63,830 bases of DNA, filler included, from Nitrospinota bacterium (GCA_022562795.1; 5 parts of 4 records of this genome joined end to end with filler, not necessarily neighbours in it); one strand, 5' to 3'; shown: positions 51,757 to 63,382, numbered from the whole stretch's first letter. Made by a program: numbers and translations. The notes: generated by a model not told the origin, from the sequence alone.

Positions 51757-53654
51757 GTTTCATCTCCTTTATGTCAGGTGGGTGGATTGGCCCGACGCTG
51801 AGCGCCTTGTGGAGCGCTTCGGCCAACTTTCGTGGGATGGCGGCGCGGCGGGCGACCTCTTCTGGCGTGGCTTCGCGCAGCCGCTTGAGAGACCGGAAGG
51901 CCCTGAAAATCTGCTGCTTGCGTTTGGCGCCGATGCCTGGCACCTCGTCCAAGACGCTCCGGAGTGTCTGTTTTTTACCCAGGGTTGCGTGATAGGCCCG
52001 CGCGAACCTGTGGGCCTCATCGCGGATGCGCTGGAGGAGGAAGAGCGCGCCTGAGCTTCGGGAGAATAGCACCGGGTTTTTCCGCTCCGGCAGGTAGACC
52101 CTTTCAGAGGCCCAGCGGGCCGAGCCCTGCGGGCGGTCCGGCTCCTTGGCCAGGGCGGCCACGGCGAGGCTCCACACAAAGGTCCCTCATGGCCGCCAGA
52201 GCGATATTGAGCTGTCCCTTGCCGCCGTCCACAAGGAGAAGGTCCGGAAGGTCCCCATCCTCCAGGCCCCGGCGAAAACGACGGGCGAGAACCTCGGCCA
52301 TCATGCCGTAGTCGTCGGGGCCCTCGACCGTCCGGATGCGGTACTTGCGGTAGCCCCGCTTGGCGGGCTTGCCCTCGACGAAGCGCACGATGCTTCCGGC
52401 GGCCAGGGTGCCGCCTAGGGCGGAGATGTCCACGCACTCGATGGTCGAGGGCGCGCGGCTCAGCCGGAGCTTGGAGGCCAACTCTTCCCGGACATCCTCC
52501 AGGGCCTCGCTCTCGTCGTCCCGTCGTCGGAAAGCCTGCTCGGCGTTCCGGCAGGCCAGGACCACAAGCTGGCGAGCTTCGCCTCGTTTAGGCGCCCGGA
52601 GCCGCACGGGACGGCCCCTGCGCTCCGAGAGCACCGCCTCCAGGGCCTCGGCCTCAGGAACCTCGATGGGCAAGAGCACCTCCTCCGGCAAGACCTCCTC
52701 GTTTAGGTAAAAGCGCGCCAGGAAGTCGGCCAGTACCGCCTCGTCGGGCAGGTGCATCCGGCCGAAGTGGTGCGCCTCGCCGCCTACGAGATTGCCGCCT
52801 CGGACCGTGAGCCGCTGGACGGTCAGCCGCTCACCCTCGCGGTAGAGGCCCAAGAGGTCCTGGTTACGCTTGAGCGCCTGCCGGGCCACCTTCTGGCGCT
52901 CTACGGTCCGCTCGATTGCCTGGAGCCGACGCCAGATGCGGCCCGCTTCCTCGAAGCGGAGCCCGTCGCTGGCCCGCCTCATCTCGGCGGTGAGCGTGCG
53001 GATGAGCTCGTCGCTTCGGCCCTCCAGGTGGAGAATCACCTGGCGGACCAGCCCGTCGTATTCCTCACGGGTCGTATAGCCCTCCACGCAGGGACCCACG
53101 CACTGCTTGATATCGTAATAGAGGCACGGTCGGCTGCGTCCGCGAAAGACGGTGTCAGAGCAGGAGCGTATGGGGAAGATCTTGAAGAGCTCCCGAACGG
53201 TGGAGCGGGTCTCAGCGGCCGAGGCGTAGGGGCCGAAATAGCGGGCGCCGTCGGTTGGCGGCCCATGGGGCAGGCGCACCACCTCGAGCCTCGGCCAGAG
53301 GTGCGCGGTGTCGAGCTTGAGGGAGACCAGGGTCTTGTCGTCCTTGAGGTCAACGTTGAACAGCGGCCTGTGCTCCTTGATGAGAACGTCCTCCAGCAGC
53401 ACCGCCTCCTTTTCCGTGTCGGTCACCAGAACGTCGATGTCTTTCAGGCGGGCCAGAAGAAATGGAATCTGGTGGCGGGCGTCGGCCCCTGCCCGGAAGT
53501 AGCTTCTGACCCGGCTTCGTAAGTCCTTGGCCTTGCCCACGTAGAGGACCTCGCCCTTCCCTCCTTTGAAGAGGTAGACGCCAGAAGAGGCGGGGAGCTC
53601 CTCGATGATTGCCTCGAGGCGTTCCGATGAGGAGGTCTTCCTTGCGGTCGTCAT
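51749..53654 (-). CDS. uvrC: Excinuclease ABC subunit C, frameshifted near 52170
   Basis: GVYLF..YVGKAK.LR.RV GIY-YIG, ECVDIS, PDLLLVDGGKGQL (52104-53654); AALAK, LQRIRDEAHRFA and HhH VPGIG in another frame (51749-52177). Confidence 0.9.
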
Positions 53655-53664
53655 GTGTCGAACC

Positions 53665-55653
53665 TTACCTGATCTGAAGCTCCATTCCCTCGAGCTCAAA
53701 GACGCGGTCTCGAAGCTCTGCGGCCCTCTCGAACTCGTAGGCCTCGGCCGCCCGTCGCATCTCCTTCTTTAGGTCGGCCACCAGCCGCGGCACCTCTTCG
53801 GGCGGCACGTCACCGAAAGGATCGTCGGCCGGCACGGTGACATAGTCGGCTTCGTAAACACTCTTGATGAGCTCGTGGATGTCTTTGACGATGGTTTCCG
53901 GCGTGATGCCGTGTTCGGCGTTGTAGGCGAGCTGCAGCTCGCGTCGGCGCCGGGTCTCATCCACGGCCCGACTCAGGCTCTTCGTCATGGTGTCGGCGTA
54001 CATGATGACGGTGCCGTGGACGTTTCGGGCCGCCCGCCCGATAGTCTGAATGAGGCTCCTTGCGCTTCGCAGAAACCCTTCCTTATCAGCGTCCAGAATT
54101 GCCACGAGGGAGACCTCGGGAAGATCGAGCCCCTCCCGAAGCAGGTTGATGCCGATCAAGACGTCGAAGACCCCGAGCCTGAGGTCGCGGATGATCTCCG
54201 TTCGGGCCAGGGTGTGGATGTCGCTGTGGAGGTAACGTACCTTCACACCGAGGTCAGCGTAGTAGTTGGTGAGCTCTTCGGCCATGCGTTTGGTAAGGGT
54301 GGTGACCAGGCTCCGCTCGCCCCTCTCCACCCGCCGGGTAATCTCCTCCAATAGGTCGTCCACTTGGCCCCGGGCGGGCTTGACAACGACCTCGGGGTCC
54401 ATGAGGCCCGTGGGCCGGATAATTTGCTCCACCACCACGCCCTGGCTGGCTCTAAGCTCGTAGTCGGCAGGTGTGGCCGAGACGTAAACGACCTGGCCGA
54501 CCTTAGCGCTGAACTCCTCAAAGTTGAGAGGCCGGTTATCGAGTGCCGAAGGAAGACGGAAGCCGTACTCCACGAGGGTCTCTTTGCGGGAGCGGTCGCC
54601 GTGGTACATGCCTCCTAGCTGGGGGATGGTGGCGTGGCTCTCGTCTATGATGCAGAGGAAGTCTTCGGGGAAGTAATCAAGAAGGACGTGGGGCGGCTCG
54701 CCGGGCCCTCTGCCGTCGATGTGCATCGAGTAGTTCTCGATGCCCTGGCAGTGGCCGAGCTCGCGGAGCATCTCCAGGTCGAAGCGGGTCCGCTGCTCGA
54801 TCCTCTGGGCCTCGAGGAGCTTATCCTGGGCACGAAGCTCGCCCAGGCGCTCCTCCAGCTCCCGCTCAATATCGCGGCTGGCCCGGGCCAGGTTGTCCGC
54901 CGAGGTGACGTAGTGGCTGCCTGGGTAGAGGCGCACCTTCTGGCGGCGCCCCAAGGCCTCTCCCCGCAAGGGGTCGATCTCGTAGATGGCGTCCACGTAG
55001 TCGCCGAAAAACTCTACCCGCACGGCGCGGTCCTCCTCGTAGGCCGGGAAGATGTCCACAACGTCGCCCCTAACACGGAAGCTGCCCCGGTGGAAGTCCA
55101 CGTCGTTGCGGCTGTACTGGATCTCCACGAGCCGCTCCATGAGGGCGTCGCGGCCGAGCTCGCGCTGGTCCTCGAAGAGGATGAGCATGTTGCGGTAGTC
55201 CGCCGGCGATCCTATGCCGTAGATGCACGAGACACTGGCAACGATTACGACGTCACGTCGCTCCAGGAGGCTTCGGGTCGCCGAGTGGCGCATCTTGTCG
55301 ATTTGGTCGTTGATGGAGGCATCCTTCTCGATGTAGGTGTCGGTGCGGGGCACGTAGGCTTCGGGCTGGTAGTAGTCGTAGTAGGAGACGAAAAACTCGA
55401 CGGCGTTGTCCGGAAAGAGCTCGCGAAACTCTGTGTAGAGCTGGGCGGCGAGGGTCTTGTTGTGGGCGATGACCAGGGTGGGGCGGCCCCACCGCTCGAT
55501 GACATTGGCCATGGTGAAGGTCTTGCCGCTGCCTGTGACCCCCAGAAGCACCTGGTGGGACAGCCCCTGATTGAGGCCGTCGGCCAGCGCCTCGATCGCC
55601 TTTGGCTGGTCGCCCTTGGGGGTAAAATCGCTAACGAGCTTGAACGGTCCCAT
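53665..55653 (-). CDS. uvrB: Excinuclease ABC subunit B
   Basis: [51 protein letters not shown]. Confidence 0.98.
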   Translation of the reverse strand: MGPFKLVSDFTPKGDQPKAIEALADGLNQGLSHQVLLGVTGSGKTFTMANVIERWGRPTLVIAHNKTLAAQLYTEFRELFPDNAVEFFVSYYDYYQPEAYVPRTDTYIEKDASINDQIDKMRHSATRSLLERRDVVIVASVSCIYGIGSPADYRNMLILFEDQRELGRDALMERLVEIQYSRNDVDFHRGSFRVRGDVVDIFPAYEEDRAVRVEFFGDYVDAIYEIDPLRGEALGRRQKVRLYPGSHYVTSADNLARASRDIERELEERLGELRAQDKLLEAQRIEQRTRFDLEMLRELGHCQGIENYSMHIDGRGPGEPPHVLLDYFPEDFLCIIDESHATIPQLGGMYHGDRSRKETLVEYGFRLPSALDNRPLNFEEFSAKVGQVVYVSATPADYELRASQGVVVEQIIRPTGLMDPEVVVKPARGQVDDLLEEITRRVERGERSLVTTLTKRMAEELTNYYADLGVKVRYLHSDIHTLARTEIIRDLRLGVFDVLIGINLLREGLDLPEVSLVAILDADKEGFLRSARSLIQTIGRAARNVHGTVIMYADTMTKSLSRAVDETRRRRELQLAYNAEHGITPETIVKDIHELIKSVYEADYVTVPADDPFGDVPPEEVPRLVADLKKEMRRAAEAYEFERAAELRDRVFELEGMELQIR

Positions 55654-55861
55654 ATAGCAAATGATATCGTAGGGAGTGAGAAGCGGCAAGGTGGGGTGGC
55701 TGCGTCTTAGCCGGCGGGGTGGGGAAAGTCCTTGCGCCAGCCTCGCCTTGAGGTATAATGACGGTTGCGCCCCCTCCGGGGGCGTTACCTGCGCCAGACC
55801 ACCAGTCGGATGGATCGAGGGAGGGGAAGATTCCGCCCGAAGGGGTGACGGAGATACCTCT

Positions 55862-57019
55862 ATGCGATCACGCTCCTTGTGCCCAGCCGTCGTACTCCTC
55901 CTGACCGCAACCCTCCATTTGGGCCTTTTTGACCCGTCTTCTGCCGCCGAGCGCCGGAAGTTCGTCAAACCACCCACGTACCAGACCGCTGTCCTCATGG
56001 AGCCCGAGACGGGCCAGTACCTCATCGAAGATGAACCCCACAAGCTCTGGCCCCCGGCTAGCCTCACCAAGATAATGACCATGCTCATAGTGATGGAGAA
56101 GCTCAAGGAGGGGACCATCAAGCTTACCGATCCCGTTCAAGCAAGTGCCAAGGCCTCAAGGATGGGTGGTTCCCAGATTTACCTCAAGCACCGGGAGGTC
56201 TTCTCTGTCGAGGACCTCATGCGGGCGGTGGTCATTGCCAGCGCGAACGACGCCACCATGGCGCTGGCCGAGCACATTGGGGGAAGCGAAGCCGGTTTCA
56301 TCGAGTTGATGAACATCCGGGCCGAGGAGCTGGGAATGCACGATAGCCGCTTTTACTCCGTCCACGGCCTGCCACCAGACCCCGGAGAAAGGGAAGACGT
56401 TACCACCGCACACGACATGGCGTTGCTCGCCCGCGAGCTGGTGAAATACCCCAATATTCTCGAGTGGGGCTCCGTTCGTCGGGCGACCATTCGGAACGGC
56501 AAGTTCGTACTTCGCAATCTCAACACGCTCATCAAGACCTTCCGGGGAGCCGACGGGCTAAAGACGGGCCACTACGCCAAGGCGGGCTTCAACGTGGTGG
56601 CCACCGCCAAGCGGAGGGGGACGCGCTTCGTCGCCGTCGTCTTGGGGGCCCCCACAGACAGGGAACGATTCAGCGAGGCGGCCCGACTCCTCGCCCTCGG
56701 CTTCAACCTCTACCGCAGGGTCGAGGCCATCAAGGCCGGAGAGCCGGCGGGCAAGAAGGTGATCGTCTACTCCAGCCTCGCGAGCGAGGTGGAGCCCGTG
56801 GCTGCCCACGACGTCGTTCTATTGCTGAGCCGTGCGGAGGTCAAGAAGCTGGTCAAGACGGTGAACGTCAGCGAGGCAGTCACCGCACCGGTGGAGAAAG
56901 GCCAGCGGATGGGCGAAATCATCTGGATTGTGGACGGAGCGGTGAAAGGCTCAACACCCCTAGTGGCGGCCAAACGGGTGGAATATGCCAGCTGGCTCCG
57001 TCGGCTCCTCCCTTATTGA
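55862..57019 (+). CDS. D-alanyl-D-alanine carboxypeptidase (PBP5/6, peptidase S11)
   Basis: PASLTK (SxxK), SAND (SxN), KTG; signal peptide. Confidence 0.93.
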   Translation: MRSRSLCPAVVLLLTATLHLGLFDPSSAAERRKFVKPPTYQTAVLMEPETGQYLIEDEPHKLWPPASLTKIMTMLIVMEKLKEGTIKLTDPVQASAKASRMGGSQIYLKHREVFSVEDLMRAVVIASANDATMALAEHIGGSEAGFIELMNIRAEELGMHDSRFYSVHGLPPDPGEREDVTTAHDMALLARELVKYPNILEWGSVRRATIRNGKFVLRNLNTLIKTFRGADGLKTGHYAKAGFNVVATAKRRGTRFVAVVLGAPTDRERFSEAARLLALGFNLYRRVEAIKAGEPAGKKVIVYSSLASEVEPVAAHDVVLLLSRAEVKKLVKTVNVSEAVTAPVEKGQRMGEIIWIVDGAVKGSTPLVAAKRVEYASWLRRLLPY

Positions 57020-57034
57020 GCGAGGCGCCTGGTC

Positions 57035-57754
57035 ATGAGGCCGTCCGACCTTTCCTCGAGCCAATCCCTCCGCTCCCAGCTCCAGACCGATGAGCTCCAA
57101 CCGGCTGAAGCCATTGGCCCGGTGTTGGCTATTCTCACCGAAGCGGCCCGTCGTTGGCAGGTGCCCGTCGTCACCGAGATGGCTCGAACCCGGCGAGACC
57201 CCTTCCGGGTGCTGATCGCCTGTGTTCTGAGCTCGCGCACTAAGGACGAGGTAACTGGTGAGGCCGCCCAACGCCTCTTCGCCGCCGCCGACGGGCCCGA
57301 ATCCCTCGAAGCCCTAGGACAGCGGCGAATCGCCAAGCTAATCTACCCCGTGGGCTTCTACAACACCAAGGCCCGCCATATCGTGTTGATTTGCCGAGAG
57401 CTCCGAAGACGGTGGGAGGGCCGCGTTCCCGAGGAGATGGAGGAGCTCCTCTCGTTGCCTGGCGTGGGCCGCAAGACGGCGAATCTGGTTCTCACCCAAG
57501 GTTTTGGCGCCCCGGGCATATGTGTCGATACCCACGTTCACCGCATCACGAATCGCTTGGGCTACGTACGGACCTCCACACCTGAGCAGACGGAGTTCGC
57601 CCTCAGAGAGAAGTTGCCGCCCGAATACTGGATCGTCATCAACGACCTTCTGGTTGCCTTCGGGCAGCACTGTTGCACGCCCATTTCACCCCACTGCTCC
57701 ACCTGCCCGGTGTCGGCCCGCTGCTGGAGGGTGGGGGTGGAGCGCTCGCGCTAG
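57035..57754 (+). CDS. nth: Endonuclease III
   Basis: LPGVGRKTANLV HhH, VDTHVHR, C-x6-C-x2-C-x5-C Fe-S motif. Confidence 0.95.
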   Translation: MRPSDLSSSQSLRSQLQTDELQPAEAIGPVLAILTEAARRWQVPVVTEMARTRRDPFRVLIACVLSSRTKDEVTGEAAQRLFAAADGPESLEALGQRRIAKLIYPVGFYNTKARHIVLICRELRRRWEGRVPEEMEELLSLPGVGRKTANLVLTQGFGAPGICVDTHVHRITNRLGYVRTSTPEQTEFALREKLPPEYWIVINDLLVAFGQHCCTPISPHCSTCPVSARCWRVGVERSR

Positions 57755-57768
57755 AAGGAGGTCGGCCC

Positions 57769-58275
57769 GTGCTGCATCGCTACGTATTCTCGCTGCTGGG
57801 GATGGTCCTTCTGCTCCTGGGGGCTGGATCGAGCCGGGCCCAGGAGGGATGGGTCTCCTTGGTGCCGGGCCTGGAGTACCGGGTGGTGGCCTGGGAGCTT
57901 CCCGAGACAGGCTTCGGAGCGGACCTCCAGGTGCTGCGGGCCGACCCTGAGGTGGTGCGGCTAAAGGTGCTTGACGCGAGGGACTTCGGCGGCGCCCGAC
58001 TGACGGTCAGGGAATTCGCCAACCGAACAGGGGCCCTGGCGGTGATCAACGGCGGCTTCACGACGGCGCAAGAGAGCGGTACGTTTGCGTCACAAGGTTT
58101 TCCCGAGATTGCCTATGAAAGAATTCGCACTGACGTGATCGCTCAGGGCGGCATCCCGAATCTGTTGATGGTGATCACCGTTCGGGTTTGGGCCGACGAC
58201 AACGGCAACGTTCTCCTCGATGCCGGCGAATCGGTGGTTGAGCTTCATACCAAGATGGCCAGGAGCATCGAATAG
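57769..58275 (+). CDS. Phosphodiester glycosidase (NAGPA)-like N-terminus joined to an unrelated C-terminus
   Basis: W..L.PGLEY...LR.DP...A...GALAVINGGF, then an abrupt change at ~58060. Confidence 0.55.
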   Translation: MLHRYVFSLLGMVLLLLGAGSSRAQEGWVSLVPGLEYRVVAWELPETGFGADLQVLRADPEVVRLKVLDARDFGGARLTVREFANRTGALAVINGGFTTAQESGTFASQGFPEIAYERIRTDVIAQGGIPNLLMVITVRVWADDNGNVLLDAGESVVELHTKMARSIE

Positions 58276-58285
58276 TGACGCCCCC

Positions 58286-58385
58286 NNNNNNNNNNNNNNN
58301 NNNNNNNNNNNNNNNNNNNNNNNNNNNNNTTAATTAATTAANNNNNNNNNNNNNNNNNNNNNNNNNNNNNNNNNNNNNNNNNNNN
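58286..58385. other. Artificial contig linker
   Basis: N-TTAATTAATTAA-N. Confidence 0.97.
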
Positions 58386-60491
58386 AAAACCAAGGTCATC
58401 ACCCACCGGATCGCCCGGCTCATCGCCGAGGGCATCTGTAAGCCCTGGGAGCTGCTGGCGGTGACCTTCACCAACAAGGCCGCCGAGGAGATGCGGAGCC
58501 GGGTCGCCGCGCTGCTTGGGGCCGAGGCCGACCGCCTCTGGATCTCGACCTTCCACTCGGCATGCGTCCGCATCCTCAGGCGAGAGATCGGCGCTCTCGG
58601 CTTCCACCCCCAGTTCGTCATCTACGACGAGGCCGACTCGACCGCGTGCCTTAAGGAGGTGGCGCGGGCGATGAACATCTCCGAGAAGGTCACCCCGGCC
58701 CGCCTGCTGAAGCACCACATAAGCTCCTTTAAGAACCTATGCCTCACCCCGGAGGAGGTTTCCGCCGAGGCCGAGGCCGCAGAGTTCGGGCCGGCCGCGG
58801 TGGCCGCCCGCCTCTACCCCCGCTACCAGGCGGCGCTCAAGGCCAACGTGGCCCTCGACTTCGACGACCTCCTCATGGTCACCGTGCTGCTGTTCGAGCA
58901 GTTCCCGGAGGTCTTAGGGCGCTACCAGGAGCGCCTCCGCCACATCCTGGTGGACGAGTACCAGGACACGAACCACACCCAGTACAGGCTGCTCCGTCTT
59001 CTGGCCGCCGGCCACCAAAACCTCTGTGTCGTAGGAGACGATGATCAGTCGATCTACCACTGGCGGGGCGCCAATATCGAGAACATCCTCAACTTCGATG
59101 CCGACTACCCCGATGCCCGGGTCGTGACGCTGGAGGAGAACTACCGCTCGACCCAGACCATTCTCGATGCCGCCTCGGCCGTCGTGGCGTTCAACAAGGG
59201 CCGTCGCCCAAAGACCCTTTTTACGAGCCGTGAGGGCGGCGAGCCCCTGGTCGTCTTCCGGGCCGACGACGAGCGGCAGGAGGCGGAGTTCGTCTCAGCC
59301 ACCATCCGGGCTCTTAGCGAGGAGGGCTCGGCGTGGAGTGGCGCGGCCGTCTTTTACAGGACCAACGCCCAGAGCCGCGTGCTGGAGGAGGCTCTGACCC
59401 GCCACGCCATCCCCTACCAGATCGTCCGGGGTTTTCGCTTCTACGACCGTAAAGAGATCAAGGACCTGGTGGGCTATCTCCGGGTGGCGGTCAACCCCGA
59501 GGACTCGGTGAGCCTCAGGCGCATCATCAACGTCCCGCCCAGGGGCATCGGTGCCAGGACCATCGAGGTCATCGAGGGGGCTGCGGCCGAGCGTGGGGTC
59601 TCCCTCGTCCGGGCCGCCCGGGAGCTCGTGGCGTCGGGGGGGCTTCCGGCGGCCACCGCTCCTAAGGTGGAGGCCTTCGTCCATCTGGTCGATCGGCTCG
59701 GCGAGCTAGCGGCCTCGGCCACGGTGAGCGAGCTGCTCGTCGCGGCGCTGGAGGCCACCGATATGATTGAGCACTACCGCCGGGATTCAAGCCCCGAGGC
59801 CACCACGCGCCTGGAGCACATCCGGGAGCTGATGGGCGCCGTCGAGGAGTTCGAGGAGCGGGTAGAGTCTGACTCAGGCGCTTCGACCGTCGCCTTCCTC
59901 GACCAGGCGGCTCTAAGCAGCCAGGAGGACGACCTCGACGAGGGCGCCGGGGCGGTCTCGCTCATGACGCTCCACGCCAGCAAGGGCCTGGAGTTCGCCG
60001 TCGTCTTCCTGACGGGCATGGAGAACCGAATTTTCCCGCACGCCCGCGCCCTCGACGACCACCAGGACCTGGAGGAGGAGAGGCGGCTCTGCTACGTGGG
60101 GATGACCCGGGCCAAGGAGCGGCTCTTTTTAACCTACGCGGAGCGCCGCCGCCTCCACGGCCACACACAGTTTTACCCGCCGAGCCTCTTTCTGGCCGAG
60201 ATTCCACCGGAAGCGATTCACGACGCGACACCGTCCGCCCGAGGTGGGGCGCATCCGTCCCATCCCCCTGAGGCGGAGCCGGAGCTGGCTCACACGGCCG
60301 TAGAGGATTCCTTCGAAGAGGTGTTCGACCCGGAGCTCATGGTTGGCCGGCGGGTCCACCACCCCTCATTCGGGCAAGGCCAGATTCTGGCCACCGAGGG
60401 AGTGGGAGCCATGATGAAGGTCACCGTGCTCTTCGAGACGGTGGGTCGCAAAAAGCTCATGGCGGCCTACGCCAACCTGCGACCCGCCTGA
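58386..60491 (+). CDS. pcrA: UvrD/PcrA DNA helicase, 5' truncated
   Basis: KTKVITHRIA, TFTNKAA, DEYQD, GDDDQSIY, NYRS, TLHASKGLEF, EEERRL; C-terminal RVHHPSFGQG tudor-like domain. Confidence 0.95.
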   Translation, partial: KTKVITHRIARLIAEGICKPWELLAVTFTNKAAEEMRSRVAALLGAEADRLWISTFHSACVRILRREIGALGFHPQFVIYDEADSTACLKEVARAMNISEKVTPARLLKHHISSFKNLCLTPEEVSAEAEAAEFGPAAVAARLYPRYQAALKANVALDFDDLLMVTVLLFEQFPEVLGRYQERLRHILVDEYQDTNHTQYRLLRLLAAGHQNLCVVGDDDQSIYHWRGANIENILNFDADYPDARVVTLEENYRSTQTILDAASAVVAFNKGRRPKTLFTSREGGEPLVVFRADDERQEAEFVSATIRALSEEGSAWSGAAVFYRTNAQSRVLEEALTRHAIPYQIVRGFRFYDRKEIKDLVGYLRVAVNPEDSVSLRRIINVPPRGIGARTIEVIEGAAAERGVSLVRAARELVASGGLPAATAPKVEAFVHLVDRLGELAASATVSELLVAALEATDMIEHYRRDSSPEATTRLEHIRELMGAVEEFEERVESDSGASTVAFLDQAALSSQEDDLDEGAGAVSLMTLHASKGLEFAVVFLTGMENRIFPHARALDDHQDLEEERRLCYVGMTRAKERLFLTYAERRRLHGHTQFYPPSLFLAEIPPEAIHDATPSARGGAHPSHPPEAEPELAHTAVEDSFEEVFDPELMVGRRVHHPSFGQGQILATEGVGAMMKVTVLFETVGRKKLMAAYANLRPA

Positions 60492-60572
60492 TTAGGGCAT
60501 CCCCGGCTAGCGGATCCTGGAATGGGTCGGCCCATGACCCCTTTTGTGGCTTGACCTTACAGCAGATTGCGC

Positions 60573-60601
60573 TTGAAAAAGGTCCAAAAAAATCGTATAA
60601 A
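60573..60601 (+). promoter_or_regulatory. sigma70 promoter
   Basis: TTGAAA-17-TATAAT. Confidence 0.65.
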
Positions 60602-60692
60602 TAATAGGGAAGCGTTGTAGTTTCAACCCTCCAGGTTTCCATCCTGTTTCGGATGGACCATGGGGGGGATCGAGAAGGCGGGGGATAATCAA

Positions 60693-61088
60693 ATGCCCCA
60701 ATCATATCGAACCTATCGCAAACGCATGGTCGCTCAACAAAGACGCATGCTCCGGCGCCGCGTCCTGGTCGTCCTCTGCCTGACCCTCTTTTTGGCCTGG
60801 GCCCTGCCTTCCGTCATCGCCGGCTGGAATATAATGGGCAACAACGTGGTCGATTCCATGCGGGGTTGGACACCCTATGATTTTGAGCGCCGGGCCAAGC
60901 TGGCCGGCGAGAGGCTGGGCGAATCAGCGCAGAAGGACCTCTCAAAATCTCAGTTTCGGAATCTCTTCAATAGGGAGCTCAAAGGAGCCGGCTCCAAGGA
61001 CATTAAAGAGTTGTTTAAAGACAACGACTTCGCATTTGAAGACGGCTACAAAAAGACCTCCAACTACAAAAAGCGCTATCGCCGATAG
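60693..61088 (+). CDS. Hypothetical basic single-TM protein
   Basis: Arg-rich N-terminus, one TM helix, own promoter. Confidence 0.6.
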   Translation: MPQSYRTYRKRMVAQQRRMLRRRVLVVLCLTLFLAWALPSVIAGWNIMGNNVVDSMRGWTPYDFERRAKLAGERLGESAQKDLSKSQFRNLFNRELKGAGSKDIKELFKDNDFAFEDGYKKTSNYKKRYRR

Positions 61089-61186
61089 ACCCCGCCATCC
61101 CGCCTGATTCCTCATCCGTCAATCCACTTGCCTCCCCTCAAGAGCCTGGGCTATGATGTAGTCCCGCTCCATGCCTGGAGGGCCCG

Positions 61187-61480
61187 ATGCCTGAGAAGAT
61201 TTCCCGCGACGAGGTCTTGCACGTCGCCCGGCTGGCGAGGCTCACCTTCTCCGAGGCCGAGGTGGACCGTCTTGCCGAGCAGCTCTCGGCGATCCTCGCC
61301 TACATAGAGAAGCTCGACGAGCTCGACACCACGGGCGTGGAGCCGACGAGCCACATCCTACCCCTGACAAACGTCTTTAAGGACGATGAAGCCCGTCCCT
61401 CAGCGAAGCGCGAGCAAATTATGGCCGGCGGCCCCAGCACCGAGCACGGCCATTACAAAGTGCCGAAGATCGTCGAGTGA
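61187..61480 (+). CDS. gatC: Asp/Glu-tRNA amidotransferase subunit C
   Basis: [31 protein letters not shown]. Confidence 0.96.
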   Translation: MPEKISRDEVLHVARLARLTFSEAEVDRLAEQLSAILAYIEKLDELDTTGVEPTSHILPLTNVFKDDEARPSAKREQIMAGGPSTEHGHYKVPKIVE

Positions 61481-61494
61481 GGCCCAACCCCTCC

Positions 61495-62961
61495 ATGAGC
61501 CTGGCCCACCTGACCATCCGCGAGCTTCGAGATAAGCTGCTCGACGGCGAATGCACGGCCCTTCAGGCCACCGAGGCCTGCCTGGAGCGCATCGCCCAGG
61601 TGGAAGACTCCGTTCGCGCCTTCATCGTCGTCACCAACGATAGAGCCTTAGACGAAGCCCGGGCCGCCGACGAGGTGCTGCGCCGGAGGGGAGCGGAAGC
61701 TCCCCTGCTGACCGGCATCCCCCTTGCCATCAAGGACCTCATAGCGGTCGAGGGTGTGCCGTGCACCTGTGGATCGAAAATTCTCTCAAACTTCGTGCCC
61801 CCGTACGATGCGACCGTCATCGAACGGCTCAAGGCAGCCGGAGCGGTCGTTCTCGGCAAGCTCAACATGGACGAGTTCGCCATGGGCTCCTCAACCGAGA
61901 CCTCTTACTCCGGGCCGACCCACAACCCTTGGGACCTGACGAAAATCCCTGGTGGCTCCTCAGGTGGGAGCGCGGCGGCCGTGGCGGCCGACGAGTGCAT
62001 CGCGGCCCTGGGCAGCGACACCGGAGGATCTGTGAGGCAGCCGGCCTCTTACTGCGGCGTGGTGGGCTTGAAGCCGACCTACGGGCGTGTGAGCCGCTAC
62101 GGGCTCGTGGCCTACGCCTCGAGCCTCGACCAGATCGGGCCCGTCACGAAAGACGTTGCCGACTGCGCGACTCTCATGAACCTCATCGCCGGGCACGACC
62201 CCCTCGACTCGACGAGCGCTACCGTAGAGGCGCCCGACTTTTCCGAATCTCTGGTGGAAGACGTAGAGGGAATTACCATCGGTATGCCCCGAGAATACTT
62301 CATCGATGGTGTGGACCCGGAGGTCGATGCCGCGGTTAGGGAAGCCGTCGGGCAGCTCGAATCATGGGGCGCGCGCGTCGAGGAGATCAGTCTGCCCCAC
62401 ACCGAGTACGCCGTAGCCTGCTACTACATCATCGCCCCGGCGGAGGCCTCGAGCAATCTGGCACGCTACGATGGGGTGAAATACGGCCACCGGGCGGAGG
62501 AGCCGGCCGACCTCATGGAGATGTACTGCCGCACCCGGGCCGAAGGCTTCGGCGAGGAGGTCAAACGGAGGATAATGCTCGGCACCTATGCGCTCTCGGC
62601 CGGCTACTACGAGGCCTACTACCGAAAGGCCCAGCAGGTCCGCACCCTTATCCGCGCCGACTTCGATGAGGCCTTCGAGCGGGTGGACCTCATCGCCACC
62701 CCCGTGGCTCCCACAGCCGCCTTCGGCCTCGGAGAGAAGCTCGGCGATCCCCTCCAGATGTATCTCTCGGACATCTTCACCATCAGCGTGAACCTCGCCG
62801 GCGTGCCGGGCCTCTCCATCCCCTGCGGCTTTTCCTCCTCCGGGCTCCCCATCGGGCTCCAGCTCATAGGCCGCCCCTTCGATGAGGCCACCCTCTTTCG
62901 GGCCGCCTACACCTTCGAGCAACGGACCGACCATCACAAGAAGAAGCCCTCCCTGGGTTGA
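61495..62961 (+). CDS. gatA: Asp/Glu-tRNA amidotransferase subunit A
   Basis: [42 protein letters not shown]. Confidence 0.98.
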   Translation: MSLAHLTIRELRDKLLDGECTALQATEACLERIAQVEDSVRAFIVVTNDRALDEARAADEVLRRRGAEAPLLTGIPLAIKDLIAVEGVPCTCGSKILSNFVPPYDATVIERLKAAGAVVLGKLNMDEFAMGSSTETSYSGPTHNPWDLTKIPGGSSGGSAAAVAADECIAALGSDTGGSVRQPASYCGVVGLKPTYGRVSRYGLVAYASSLDQIGPVTKDVADCATLMNLIAGHDPLDSTSATVEAPDFSESLVEDVEGITIGMPREYFIDGVDPEVDAAVREAVGQLESWGARVEEISLPHTEYAVACYYIIAPAEASSNLARYDGVKYGHRAEEPADLMEMYCRTRAEGFGEEVKRRIMLGTYALSAGYYEAYYRKAQQVRTLIRADFDEAFERVDLIATPVAPTAAFGLGEKLGDPLQMYLSDIFTISVNLAGVPGLSIPCGFSSSGLPIGLQLIGRPFDEATLFRAAYTFEQRTDHHKKKPSLG

Positions 62962-63001
62962 AGGAACGAAGGGACCTGTCCCTCAAATTCTCGGACAGGG
63001 A

Positions 63002-63033
63002 GTCGCAAGCGACCTTTGGTCGGCCCGATTACC
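63002..63033 (-). repeat. REP-like hairpin, family B, second copy
   Basis: GGTAATCGGGCCGACCAAAGGTCGCTTGCGAC on the - strand, near-identical to 48869-48899. Confidence 0.7.
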
Positions 63034-63244
63034 TGTTTGTTGAGAGATGGCCTTTCCGCAAGCTTCATCGCTCAAATCATACATCAGGTTTGGGATATCA
63101 GCAGATGGCGCTCGACGCTCGTCCTTACCATGAGACGCGCGTGAGACGAAGCCCAGCCACCTGTGAGCTATCAATTCCTTTCTTTCCAGACAGTTCCATA
63201 CCACAGCCACGACCGGGTGCGGGTGTAAAAGCGCCGTTCCACGG

Positions 63245-63260
63245 TGGCACCGAATTTGCT
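63245..63260 (+). promoter_or_regulatory. sigma54 promoter
   Basis: TGGCAC-CGAAT-TTGCT. Confidence 0.75.
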
Positions 63261-63270
63261 TTGTATACAA

Positions 63271-63382
63271 GACAGGACAACGCGGAGGAAGGTTGTCATA
63301 TAACGAACGATCGCCCCGCCGGGGGGAAGGGGCGCGCCGTGGGGTGGGATTCTCCTTGAATCCCGCCTCCCGGCATTTTTTT
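63271..63382 (+). ncRNA. Candidate sigma54-dependent sRNA (~110 nt)
   Basis: Promoter, two hairpins with GGA-containing loops, then a terminator hairpin and T7. Confidence 0.55.
63336..63382 (+). terminator. Rho-independent terminator
   Basis: GCCG-T-GGGGTGGGATTC-TCCTT-GAATCCCGCCTC-C-CGGC-A-TTTTTTT. Confidence 0.8.

Noticed and set aside
27722-58385. TTAATTAATTAA repeated four times
   Set aside because: Always embedded in N runs and gives stops in all six frames; it is an artificial contig linker.
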